NCBI GenBank assembly: GCA_001949185.1
Contig: BDGG01000014.1
Span: forward strand, 124,001 to 188,000
Direction: 5' to 3'
Length of the DNA stretch: 64,000 nt
From: Ramazzottius varieornatus
Taxonomy: Eukaryota; Animalia; Tardigrada
Position numbers and translations under genes: made by a program. This document shows positions 13,501 through 24,900 of this stretch, piece after piece. Numbering within the stretch: the stretch's first letter is position 1; every line of letters begins with the position of its first letter. The notes below the pieces were generated by a model. The model worked only from the letters and a program-made list of their open reading frames with translations, made no database searches and had not been told where the DNA came from.

Positions 13501-13661
13501 CTTTCACTAGTGGTACTGCAGTCACAAGATGCCCCTTCAAGCGTGATGTATCTTCATAAATCAAATTCCTACTCGAACCTTGAAGTTCAGCTGAAGGCAG
13601 TATCGGATTTTCGTCAGTTATCACACCTTCTAGCGGAGCTACAAGAAAGGAAACTGCCGTA

Positions 13662-13863
13662 CAAACACGACGGGAAATTAAAGGACCAGTAAAAATTATA
13701 GGATCAGGCGGAAAAGACGGTAAAACGGAAATTCAAACGTAGAAAAATGTCCAAAAGTGTATTGCTGTGAATCAGTCGCGTACGTACGTGCTTCCGTACC
13801 GCCGAAGCGAAAAGGCCTGGTCCCATAATTTTTACCGGCCCCATAACTTCCCGTCGTGCGTGC
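13662..13863. mobile_element. Tc1-like MITE, family A
   Basis: Doubled TIR ..cacgacgggaaatta..cagtaaaaattatagg and core tcgcgtacgtgcttccgtaccgccg, shared with 30958, 45510, 55792, 60356. Confidence 0.7.
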
Positions 13864-14418
13864 ACTCAATCCAGGGGTACTACAGGGCATGCCAGGTACT
13901 CTACCTTTATAAATCTCTAACTGCTTCGAGGAATTCTCCCAATGTTTGGAATGTATGCTTCCCGATCCATTGGCATCGTCGTAATCAGGTACCGTCCTTC
14001 ACATTCCGGTGTCACGAAACGGTACTATACCGGAATATCGTTTGGGCACACTACCCAAGTCAGAAAATTTGAGGAAAAGAGGTTTGAAACACCTGCAGGA
14101 ATGACGAAAGCGTACCTCAAGTTCGTCATACGTGTTCTAAGTGTGTTTATGAGGACACTTCAGGCTGTGGTGTAACGAGCGCGTTTCGTCAGCCAGACCC
14201 GAAGTGTTTAGTCTGTTAAAGTTAGGAAAACGGACAGTTTCTCTCAAAAGAGACCACAAGAGAGAGGCAGGTACCGACAAAGTGTACCTGAATTTCGTCA
14301 TACCTGAGGAAAAACTTTCTGAGCAGGGCTATTAACTGTTACATTGACTAACTTTGAACATCCAGACGTTCCCTTGCTCGATGCTCGAGCGAGCGTGTGT
14401 TACCGCAGCAGGCTGGGG

Positions 14419-14916
14419 TAAGGATGCCCATTCCGTTTTCCGTTCCATTCCTAATTCCGCCTGGAAAACAGGAATTCCGCTCCGTTCCGGCTGATCTGGA
14501 TCTGGAACGCTGGAAATCCGAATCGGAATTTAAGGATCTGGCCGGAATTCCGCTTATCGGAATCCGGTTTTCCACAGCGGAATTCCCGCTTCATGCGCTA
14601 ATCGGTCAGGTTTTGGTGTCGTTTTTGCTCACTACAGAGAAGCACGGCAAACAAACTCGACAAAATTAGTCGAAGTGGCGCATGTTACCAGTGTAACTGG
14701 CTAGATTCATGCGCCACTTAGAAACGATCTTGCTGAGCCTGTCAGACGGGACTAAACCGAGCTTCCGACTGGTTTTTTGCTTCTTGAACTGCCGTTTTGG
14801 AATTTTGGTTTTTCATCTAGCCCTTCTGGAAAACGGAAAACAGGAACGGAACGGAATTCGGAATTCCGCTCCGAATTCCGTTCCAGGAATCAAGGCAGGC
14901 GGAATGGTCATCCTTA
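14419..14916. mobile_element. hAT-family MITE
   Basis: TIR TAAGGATG.CCATTCCG / CGGAATGG.CATCCTTA, exact 8-bp TSD GGCTGGGG (14411-14418, 14917-14924), dense subterminal ATTCCG/CGGAAT motifs. Confidence 0.88.
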
Positions 14917-16309
14917 GGCTGGGGTAACTCTAGGGTTAATTAAGAGCCTTACAGGAGAACGGTGATACCAGTTATGTCTTTGTAATGTGACCTGGTGGTC
15001 AGGCTTGACCGGATGGGATCCGGTCGGAATCAGAATGAAAAGTTCCTGCAGGTGCTAGTTTTCCTATGGGTTAGCGTATCTTCGCCATGGATTTGGGTTT
15101 CCGGTCACGTGAGCTCTGGATCTCGTTCCCTATGAGGAACTCGAAATTAAGCTAAGAAAGCGTTTTGCTCAGGAGGTGATTTAAAGTAAGAACTGACCCA
15201 TTCGGTTCAAATGAACGCGTGGGGCACAAAGTAACCTTCCTCGCGCATTCTCAACCCTTAGAATTATCAATTAACCACAACACGGGGTGGCGCGTCCCAA
15301 TTTTTACTAACTTTTCAGCTCTCAATTAAGTCCAGGACCGGAGAATCTTCCGCTTTGGTTACAGTGATCAGACTAAACACTGATGTATCTTACTGAGGAA
15401 ACAGTAGACATTAGGTGCGGACGTTTGACTGGCAACTTTTCGAAGTAAAGTGTTCAAAGTTTTGTCCTGACTTCAAATCTGGAACGTTTTGGTCCATTTG
15501 TTCACCCACACTAGCAAGGTACTGGAGCCATTTTATTGGTATCGAATTCATACCGCCGCAGCAGCAGAATAGGGGAAGAGTAAAAATAAACCTTTTTGGA
15601 GCCATTCTCTACAGCCTCTTCGGAAAACATTTTTGTTAGTCGCTCCAGGTGCCCTAATCACGTGAAATGATGATAGATTGTTAGCATCAGGTGCCTATCA
15701 CAAGTTCTCTTAAAGGAGTTTCCATTCACTTCCTACGGTTTTGCGGCGGAGTTTGGTGGAGAACGCCGTCTTGCAACAGTAGTGACTTCGGCGGACTGAA
15801 AAATTTCCGCTGTTGCACAACAGTTTTCCCTCGATCACACCGATTCGAAGCCTTCGTAACAAGGCCATCACCCCTGGTTCCCTGTCCTTGTCCGCTAGTA
15901 CCGCCGATAGTATCATAGAAATGTATGTCGCGGTTTCAACTTACTTCAACTGGACGAACGTGGTCATCGGTTTTGATCGAAGCGCGAACGCCGGATACCA
16001 TGCATTGTTAGGAACAATGATGCCTTTTCTACGAGTCCGTGGCTGGTAAGTGACGTTATTTCGGGTAACGTCCAAAGTGTCGACGAACTTCACCAACGAG
16101 CTCAAAGACTACCAACCTTTCAGCCGAGGTGGGTGCTCTAATTTTCTGGAAACTAGATTTTGAATCGCATGCGCTCTATTGAATCTATCTCTTTGCGGTA
16201 CTACTTTTCTTCGGCCACGCCCAACCTGTCCGCCAGCTTATGGTTAGTAAATGGTTTCCCACACTTATGTGGTCAAAGTTGTAGGCGCAAAACCCGGCGT
16301 TCTATCATA

Positions 16310-16915
16310 CTGTAGTGCTCGCAGTTTATCGCGCACTCAACCACGTGAACAGTAAATAACGCCCGATCGGGGATTTTAGACGTTGTACTGCTTTATCAAC
16401 AATCAATGATTGGCCATCGGTTGAGACAAGTGTTATTCTGAAAAGTCAAACTCAAATTGCTCATTTCCATCTGGAGCGTTTCCGGTATCCGCTCACTTTT
16501 CTCCGGTCCTCGCTTGCCCGGAATCTTTGCTTTGTGAAGCAAAAACATGAGGTTCCGTGAAGCTTATCAGCTGCTTATGGAACAGGTATCATTCGACTCA
16601 CCACCAGCTGCGCATGGCTGATTCCGGAATTCCTGTAAGCTTCGCATGCTTTCTCCTCGATAATCCGCTCTCTTCATAGTTTCTCAAAGCTTTCTCCGCA
16701 TCCTCATCGCTATAAATATACGGGTCCTAGCCATGACAATGTTTTCTACCTTCGGATCCAGTGAAAGAAACTGGAATTTGGACCGGATCGTTTTTCAAAA
16801 TAACTGACGACCCATTAAAGTCAATCAACTCACGCCCTTCTGGCAACAGCTGATCTTGCCGGGCAAACCTGACTAATCACGTGGTCGAGTGCGCGATAAA
16901 CTGCGAGCACTACAG
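16310..16915 (-). mobile_element. pogo/Tigger-derived non-autonomous element with HTH (psq/CENP-B type) relic
   Basis: ~39-bp TIR CTGTAGTGCTCGCAGTTTATCGCGCACTC.ACCACGTGA, TA TSD; minus strand reads YSDEDAEKALRNYEESGLSRRKHAKLTGIPESAMRSW. Confidence 0.85.
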
Positions 16916-17274
16916 TACTATTTTACAAAAGAGCTGGGTTTGTTCTCCAGTCGTCCAGTTCAGTTATCAGGCCGAGCGAAGCGATGCTATTTTTAGTCTG
17001 TCATGATTTTAATGGATGTCGCCAAAGATGAAGCTATCTGAAATCGCCAACTCTACAGTGTAAAATAAAGCACCACTCGATCGGGGTGATCGAATTTCTG
17101 TTTCGTAAACCGAAAACCCTACTTAGTCCGTCACGCTGGACACGACGGTAGCGATCAGCAGACTCACCTTTGTCTCCGCAATGGTGTGAGTTGGGGGAAG
17201 GGCAGGTCATGACAGGTTGGTTTTCTCGGTGTTCGGTCGCACTCGCTCGGCTTCCCATAACACTATCACTGTAC

Positions 17275-18330
17275 AGCCAGGCTCAGGGGTCATGGGCTGT
17301 GGGCCCATGGCCACCCCACGGTCTTCCTTCACTTAACTTACCTTCTGACCTCGATGTCCGATTTTGATGATTCAAGCACCCCGTCTAGAGGATACTTCAT
17401 ACCTCCCGACCACGTGACCACTGACTCGGGACTTCAATCAATCAACCGGTAAGAAAGTGTGGTTAGGACACGGAAATGAGGGCTTCTTCTGGATGCTTCT
17501 TTCCCGTCACGTGACGGCCCCAGGGAGAAACTTAAACAGCCAAAATATAGCGCAATTATCGTTCTTCTAAATTCATGAAATGAGATCTTCAGCAGAAATT
17601 GATCGCAAAATTTTCCCTGTCAGTGCAGCTGATTACTTTTTCGAAGAAACCAAATAGTTTTTCACTCATCTCTTTCATTTGGGAGCTTTACATTATATAT
17701 TTGTGCTTGTTGGGAAGAGCAATGTTTGTGCTCTCTAAAGATGGCGTGTTCATAGAATTCGGGCAAGCAGGGAGATAATCGAAGTGAAAGTATTTACGTT
17801 GCAAGAAAGGCTGTAGAACCCGTATAGTGACCTTTGTAAAAGATTTCTGCTGGAAATCTCATTTCACCAGTTTGGAAGAACGATAAAGGGACATTCATTA
17901 ATGACGTCAGGTTTTGATGTTAGGAGGCCTGACCATCCCCCCTCCCATGTCAGGCAATTCAGGCGATCAACCGGCTTTTATAACATTACTGTCAGGTTTC
18001 GGGTATCACCCCTCCCTGGGTACCTGACGTCATTAATGAATGCTCCCTAATTGCGCCATATTTTGGCTGTTTAGGTTTTTCCCCGGGGCCGTCACGTGTC
18101 GGGAAAGAAGCATCCAAAAGACGCCCTCATTTCCGTGTCCGAACCACCTCTTCTTACCGGTTGATTGATTGAAGTCAGGAGTCAGTGGTCGTAGTGGTCA
18201 CGTGGTCGAGAGGTATGAAGTATCCTCTACACGGGAGTGCTTGAATCATCAAAATCGGACAACGAGGTCAGAAGGTAAATTAAGCGAAGGAAGACTGTGG
18301 GGTGACCATGGACCGTGAGCCTGACTGGAT
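17275..18330. mobile_element. Foldback-type element with ~340-bp inverted arms
   Basis: e.g. gaggatacttcatacctc..gaccacgtgaccac (17388) vs gtggtcacgtggtc..gaggtatgaagtatcctc (18195-18227); arm similarity continues through ~17620 and ~17845. Confidence 0.8.
17887..18047. mobile_element. PIF/Harbinger-type MITE nested in the right arm of the foldback element
   Basis: TIR GG..CATTCATTAATGACGTCAGG with 3-bp TAA TSD (17884-17886, 18048-18050); the left arm shows the empty site. Confidence 0.8.
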
Positions 18331-18382
18331 CTGAAAGGGTATTGGTTTTTACAGATTCAAGCGAAGCTTCTTGGGTTTTGTA

Positions 18383-18844
18383 CTGTATACTCTCCCGAAA
18401 TTCACGTACGTCACTCCATTTAGAGTGTAAACCTAGAGAAAGAATTCTCATACGGTGACCATAACAGTCTGAATCACATTGACGTCATCAGAACTAATCA
18501 AGCAAATCAATCGTATACTATAAACTGGTCAATGTCGCTCCACAATGTCCTGCTGCGATGGAGGTTGTGTACGATCTCGTTAGTTTTGATACTGATGAGT
18601 ATTAGTAATATTACGTGCGGCTCAGGAATTTGCTGGTTGGAATTTACGGTGTGAATTTTGGTTTAGTTGTCGTGTATCTTTGCTTTTTTCCCTTTTCAAA
18701 GGTTGTTTCGTCTCTTCGGTTTTCATATAAATGATCGGTAATTCCGTCATGGAGTGACGTCAGTTTTAGTTTGTATTTTCGCCACGGTAAGACCCCAATG
18801 ATCTGAGAGTCAGTGACGTACGTGAATTTCGGGAGAGCATACAG
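18383..18844. mobile_element. Tc1/mariner-superfamily MITE
   Basis: 33-bp TIR CTGTAT(A/G)CTCTCCCGAAATTCACGTACGTCACT with TA on both sides. Confidence 0.85.
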
Positions 18845-20636
18845 TACGGGCAAATACGTAAGGTTCCTTCTCAAGATGTCGCCGTGCGATCTGATTTTGC
18901 GCTGTCCCGTCGCCGCAACTCAAATTAAAGTCTTACGTCATTTCAGGTCTACATCGTTTTCAGTGTATATAAACAAAAAACTCTGGGAAATCTTACCTGA
19001 CAATACGAGGATGAAAATGATGGTGTGGCCAGGGAGGCATTCCGTTCGGCATTGATTCTCGGACCTGATGCCTCTATTTACGCACTGCCCAACTGGACAT
19101 CCGTTAGCGAACTAACAACAGGGTACGTTTCGGCGTTCAACGTATCATTCCCATCTCTCGATCCGGTTGGTTAACGTTATGACACTGTATATTATCAAAC
19201 ATGTTCGGCTCTATACATATTCGACGATGGGAAAATCATGCCTTCTAGCCACTCGGCATAATATCGTCAGTCATGCAAGCCTTCCTGGTAGTAGGCCGGA
19301 TTTTATAGGAGGCATTCCGCGAAAACGGCACGCTGGAAACTATGGGGGACGTCATCTGGCACGGAAAGTTTTCAACCGCCGATTTGACCTGGGCTGTACT
19401 GGAAGCGTTATTGACCAGTTCGGACAGCGATTAATCCACGAGAAACTGTCTGATATGGATCCCATCGCCGGAGTCTACAAGGTAAACTTCAAGTTGAGAA
19501 CGAGTGGCGATCTCGCTTCTTGACCTGTCCCGCGAAAATTTACTTGACAGAGTCTATTTTGTAGCCCGTCTTACAACTACATTTCACTAAACCCAAAAGC
19601 GTGATGAGGCTGGACGACATTGACTGGGGTGGATCACCCAACTCGTCCAATGCCGTGCCGCTGAACGAGCCGGTCTGCGGTTACCAAGGCGATGGAGGCC
19701 CCTGTGCAGAAGGTCAAACAGTCTTTCCGATGGATTATGTCCATATGAGTTAAGTGTTATAGTACCATGTGGCTTTTCAGAAATTCTTCGACGGAGAAGT
19801 TCTGAAGCTGCAGCAATCGGGACGCTTTTGCCAGCAGTTCTACTTTACATCTGCCGCGGGTTCTGGTTCTATAGGCAAGGCAGCTTGACCCTGCCGATTT
19901 CCATTGAGAAACCGTAATTAGGACGATCGTTTTCAGCAAAAGAATTCGTCACAACTACGCAGACTGTTTCATTGACGGAGATGAGCTTACTTTTGGCCAC
20001 ACCGTAAAGAGAGGCCGGCAAGTGGCTTGGTGTTAGTCTCCACAGCTCTGTAATGTATTCAGCTGTGTGCTTCATGCGAAATATCGAGCCTTCCGTTTTA
20101 CTCGGAGCTCCGTTTTTTTGAAAAGCCTACACCTTCGTTCATCCACCTGAAATACTGTACTGCGTTCTGCTGTAGCTTCAGCTGACAGTCTTGTAATCGT
20201 TAGTGTCCTGGCGAGGTTTCGTGAAATTCTCTTCGGCCTCGTTTGCCACCACGGAGGTACCACGAACTGCTTAGTGCCCCATTGCGCAAGATAATCCATA
20301 CACCAATGTCGTCCTTGGCTGAGCTTTTGGCTGCGCCGATGTAGTGGGGAGCATCAAGCGATAAGGAAGCACCCTAGATGGCATGTCTGACTTGACTTGG
20401 CAGCGCCGTTTTAAATTAACCTACGAACTTCAGATCGCCGCCAGACGAGGATAGTACCTCAGTTGACTACTACACTCAAGCACACTGGGATTATGTGGAA
20501 GGAACACACGTATAATATCTCCCCTGCAGGGCGAAGAGAAACCACCGAGAATTGTTTGTTCATAAATACAGAATTCATGTTTTCCCCTCTGTCGAGGGCT
20601 CGAACATATTTGCGCGCTGTAGGTTGCGCAAGGCGA

Positions 20637-23397
20637 TCAGTACGGAGATGGGGTAGGGGTGGGCGCGGGACAATTCAGGACAGGAACGGATGGATCCACA
20701 TCGGTGTCCACAGTTGCGGAGGCCGGTAGGAAATTGAAGATGGGACCGACAAACTCACTGTAGTCGGCGAAAGGGCGGATGCGGTATCCGCTGTTGTAGG
20801 AGTGGTACACCTGATACTCCTTGAGGGCGATGAAGTTGAAGAGGGACTCCAAAGCCGAGTAAGCCTCGTCGTTCAGAGCATCGCCCAGGAAGAATTGAGC
20901 AGCCTCCATTTGTGCATCGACATTGAACTGGAATAACGAGCACGTGGGGCAATAAAAAAACAGTGGAGAATCTCGCAACGAGACTTACGGCATGGTAGGC
21001 CAGAGTGAACCATGACTGGCCAAGAGCTCGAGATGTTCGGTAGTTGCGGAATGACACGCGATCGATGGTTCGAATGGCCAAGGCATTGTTGTTCTGAGTT
21101 ATACCAACTGTAAACGAATCAATCAAGGTACGTGCATGCTTGATGAGATATGGCAGCGACGAATTTTTTGGCATTTGGTCAATGACCTACCAATAATCCG
21201 ATCGAATTCCCTAAGCACAAACACTGGTAAAACAAGGACTAGAAAATTGTGAGACGTGGGCTCTTACAGCCAAATGACTCTTTGTCATTTACTCACGCGG
21301 CGCTGGAGGCAGCTGCCTGATCCTTGGCTGCACTGTTCCACAGATCGTCAACGCCGACTACCCCAGATACCGCTTTGTATTCAAAATGCCACAGGAGGAA
21401 CCTACAAGTGGATAAAGTGAGGTTAGATTAGGCTGGAACTGGAATGTCGTGGTCGATATCCCCTGTTTTTATCTATACTGAGCAAGTTGTTAGTGAAGAC
21501 CCACGTGTATTCAGACTGCTTGACAAAGATTTTGGCGCCCTCTGTTTCGTTCACCCCAGCAGAGGCCGCAGCAGCTCGTGTTAGGTTCCTCCACGTTGCG
21601 TAAGCGAGAGCCAATTGGTCAACGCTAATGCCCGTGTAGCGGTCCACCGTTTTATTCACTGTGGCCGAGTATGGTGCGGGAGTCAGCGGAGTGGATCCCT
21701 CCGCCGCTTGAGGACGAGGGAACATTTCAGCCGAGACCTTCAAAGCTTTGCCTTCGATCAAGTCCAGCTTCATATTGAAGTCGTGACCGGCTTGCGTGCG
21801 GTCCGAAAACATGCGAGCGGTGGGCAAAGTCGAAGCTTTAGCCGTACCAGCTGGTGTGACTGGGCCAAAGGTTCGGTTGGCGTCGGTCGCTTGCACTAGA
21901 ATGTTGATCTTGGCGGAACTGTTTTTGGGGATGGGATACCTCAGCTCGGAGGGTGTCAAGTCGGCGTACGAAATATCCAGGCAGTCATCGTCTTCGAGAC
22001 CTTCGTATCGTTGATAGATTCGCTTTAGGTATAAGTCTGCCTGGATGGCCGCATGCCAGTTGATGTATCGGAAGACGGTTTTTAAGGCCGAGTGCACTTC
22101 GTCACTCAGCGGGCCCATGACGTAATCAGCCGCAGCAGTTTGTTGGATGGTTCGATGCTGCAACAAGTAGTATTATTTCAATGAGAGCAAGCATAGCTTC
22201 AGTGGCCATTGTGATGTGGCTGAAATCGGAGCAAAGAACACGGCTTGTCAGTTCTGGTACCAGATAAATATGGATAACATCTCCGATCTTGAATCCGGAA
22301 GAACGGTACTGCAGGTACGATTTATAGGTAACATCACTTTCCACTCGGGCATAGCCAACTGGGTCGAATCCAAGCAGATGATCTGCGCGCATAATAACAG
22401 GTTAGAAGTCTGTTTTTTTTCTACTTCAACCTTAGTACCTAAGGTAATAATCTAGAAAACTGTCCGAGTTTTTTTGGGGGCGGTGACTGTAATTTATGCA
22501 CTTAGTCTAGAAGGCTGTTCTTAATCAATTTGATCGATATTTATCAAAGGCGGTGTCGATAGATTTTTAGGCGGTGAAGGCGGTGACGATAGCCATTTCT
22601 TTTACTAGAATTGCAAATTTGAACTGGTGAAAATGGAACCAACAGAAATTTACCCAGTCTCTCCGAAATGGATCTGCCGTAAGCAGTGGAGAGCGCTTGA
22701 GCAGCGCTGCTCTCCCAGTACGACTCCTTACTCAGAGCTGACCCACCACGCAAGGGCCCAGCCTACGGGAAAATGATAGCAGTAAATTCAGAAACACTGA
22801 TAACAGGAGGCCTTATCAAAAGTTGCTTTACTTACACTCTCGCTACCGACGACGGGGTACGGCAAGCCGGCCTTCTTTGCGTCATTAGGATACCAGAGCG
22901 TTTGACTAAAAAATCACAGCACCATCTGGCGCTATACTGTATGCTAGGAATGTCTCGTTGAAGTCCTCATAAGGTGCATCGCTTCAGTACAGTGCTTACA
23001 TGTAATTGACGATGGAGCCAAACAGGTCAGGCCCTTGCGAGACATCGACGAACGCCGCCTGCGCTGCCATCTGGAAGATTTTGGCGGTCTGGTTTCGGAC
23101 GATATCCAGCTGACGGATGGAGATGCCGGAGACAAAGTCGAAAGGAATGCCACTGGTCGCCGTAAAAGAGTCGGATGTGGGGACGGTAGAACCGTTTACC
23201 GGAGCGGGCTTCGTTGGCAAACAGCTTGGTGGTGCCGCTGTGGTATAGTATGAGTCCGAATAAGCCGAAGAGCCGTAGTCTGCAGCTTGGGTACCTCCCA
23301 TCATCGGCATAGCGCTGGATGACGAAACACTTCCGGTCGTCATCTGGCCGTAAACTGCGGCCACCAAGATCGACAGCCAAGGTGATATTCTTAACAT
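20637..23397 (-). CDS. Secreted protein with two tandem globin-like domains; exons ~23397-23000, 22943-22836, 22762-22654, 22382-22261, 22157-21479, 21401-21297, 21210-20989, 20927-20637
   Basis: Signal peptide MLRISPWLSILVAAVYG, Ser/Thr-rich linker, internal duplication (GISIRQL/GISVDQL; PLSDEVHSALKTVFRYI/ALNDEAYSALESLFNFI); three 1-nt corrections needed. Gene is well supported; globin call is moderate. Confidence 0.6.
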
Positions 23398-23844
23398 GCT
23401 GGAACACCTTGAAAGGTACCTCAAAGCAAAGTGGAGGTAGTTAATGCCCTCCACTAATATTGATAGCAGTCTACAGTCTTCTGCTCAGAGTGGATGCGAC
23501 TGACACAACTAAACTGCTCGCCATGTGGTACGTAAAGAGAAAAGCTAAGCTTTTGAAGACAATTCGAGAAAAATATACGCCGCAAGGAATCGGACAACAG
23601 TACTACGTGGTTTCAATATGACTGACATGGTTCTTCGGTAATTATCGGTAATTAACGCTCAATTGGGTAAATGGACGAGCTTAAGTAAGTGCATACACCG
23701 CTCATTGGCATCCTACTGAAAACCGCGGACATGGACATGAATAAGGATATTCTGGGCCTTGAATTTGTCAATGGACAATATCACACCGTACGCGACCCTC
23801 AACTGCAGACGATTATTGTACGGAAAATGAGCAACATGTATGAT

Positions 23845-24038
23845 TAGCAGCGATGCCCGCTACAGTTAAACTTAAGCGACCCTAAATTTACAATCAGTTA
23901 TGGGGTGGCGGACGGCTTCAAAGTGGTCTATGACGCTTCACGAAAATCAATCAATACACTGGTTCACGCACTGGTGCGTCATGGACCACTTTGAAGCCGT
24001 CCGCAGAAGTTTAACTGTTGGGGGAATCGCTGATGATT
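23845..24038. repeat. Palindromic MITE
   Basis: gcggacggcttcaaagtggtc.atgacgc / gcgtcat.gaccactttgaagccgtccgc plus outer cagcgat..cagttaaactt / aagtttaactg..atcgctg. Confidence 0.65.
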
Positions 24039-24339
24039 AGCAGGTAGCCCGTGCAAGGTGGTGACGTAGGTGTGCCACGATGATTGAAGTTCGCCAGCTA
24101 ATGCGAAGTGTTTTCTCAGTCCGCTGCGACGTTCGCTGTGTGTTTTCTCAGTGACTTCAGGGGAACAATTTTAAACATTTGGGGCGTTTAAATATGGGAG
24201 CACGGAGCCAGGGGGATTGCGTGGTGCGTAGCTTGCTACAGAGTTGCAAAGTCCGTAGAGTCGACTGAAATCAGCCTGTGCGTATACACCAGACTGCGAT
24301 GCTGTCATTCGACACCGATTCTCGACTCTCGACTGTCAG

Positions 24340-24900
24340 GTGCATCTCGCCCGAGGGTACATAACGAAAGCGAAAAGTACTATCACATCCAACATCTTTT
24401 CGGAAAGCTTCGCCAAATGTCGGTGGAAAAGACTCTCCTTTTCGGGTCTACAAGGAAATGAAAAGAGAAAGTTCCTGGAATACCTTAAACTCCGGAAACT
24501 CTATTATGAACATATTTGGTCATCGGCGGCCCAGTTTTCATGCGAACGCTGCGTAGTCAAATTGTGCAGGAATCGACTTTAAGGTTTTGGCACCCCGAGG
24601 GTACTCTTGAAGCGTACACGCATCGAGAAACATGATAATTTTTGAAGTTTATCCCACCATCTGGCCAGCGGTCAAGACCTTGCCAGCTGACAAACGGACT
24701 CTCGATCCCCGGGCAAACCATTCGTTTTGATTTATCCCCGGGCAAACCATTTGACACGAGCAGACACGAGCAGACACTTGCTGATTGACGGTGTCCGATG
24801 TGTGGAAAAGGATGTCGATGCGCGAAGAAAACAATGGGCTGTAATGACATTTGCACAAAAGATCGGCTTAACGAACACGCGAACAGTATCAAGGATATCT
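24340..24900 (+). mobile_element. Degraded DNA-transposon coding relic with Cys cluster (possibly Academ-type XPG + Cys8 C-terminus)
   Basis: Broken frames read FSGLQGNEKRKFL, CERCVVKLC, FIPPS, CGKGCRCAKKTMGCNDIC, in the order expected for that domain. Confidence 0.3.

Larger units (their letters stand above)
9460..20036 (+). pseudogene. Natriuretic-peptide/ANF-receptor-like gene (ligand-binding ectodomain + TM + short tail, no kinase-homology or cyclase domain); probably pseudogene, introns packed with TEs
   Basis: Signal peptide and GPAFD..C..IAEWYY exon (9460-9780); YFNWTNVVIGFD exon with in-frame TAA at 16047-16049; LARKVFNRRFD..IDQFGQR (19294-19481); PLNEPVCGYQGDGGPC (19565-19712); TM exon; short tail CFIDGDEL ending TAG 20034-20036. 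Confidence 0.65.

Noticed and set aside
14430-14900. Dense ATTCCG/CGGAAT repeats that could suggest an array or CRISPR
   Set aside because: No regular repeat-spacer period; explained as hAT subterminal motifs
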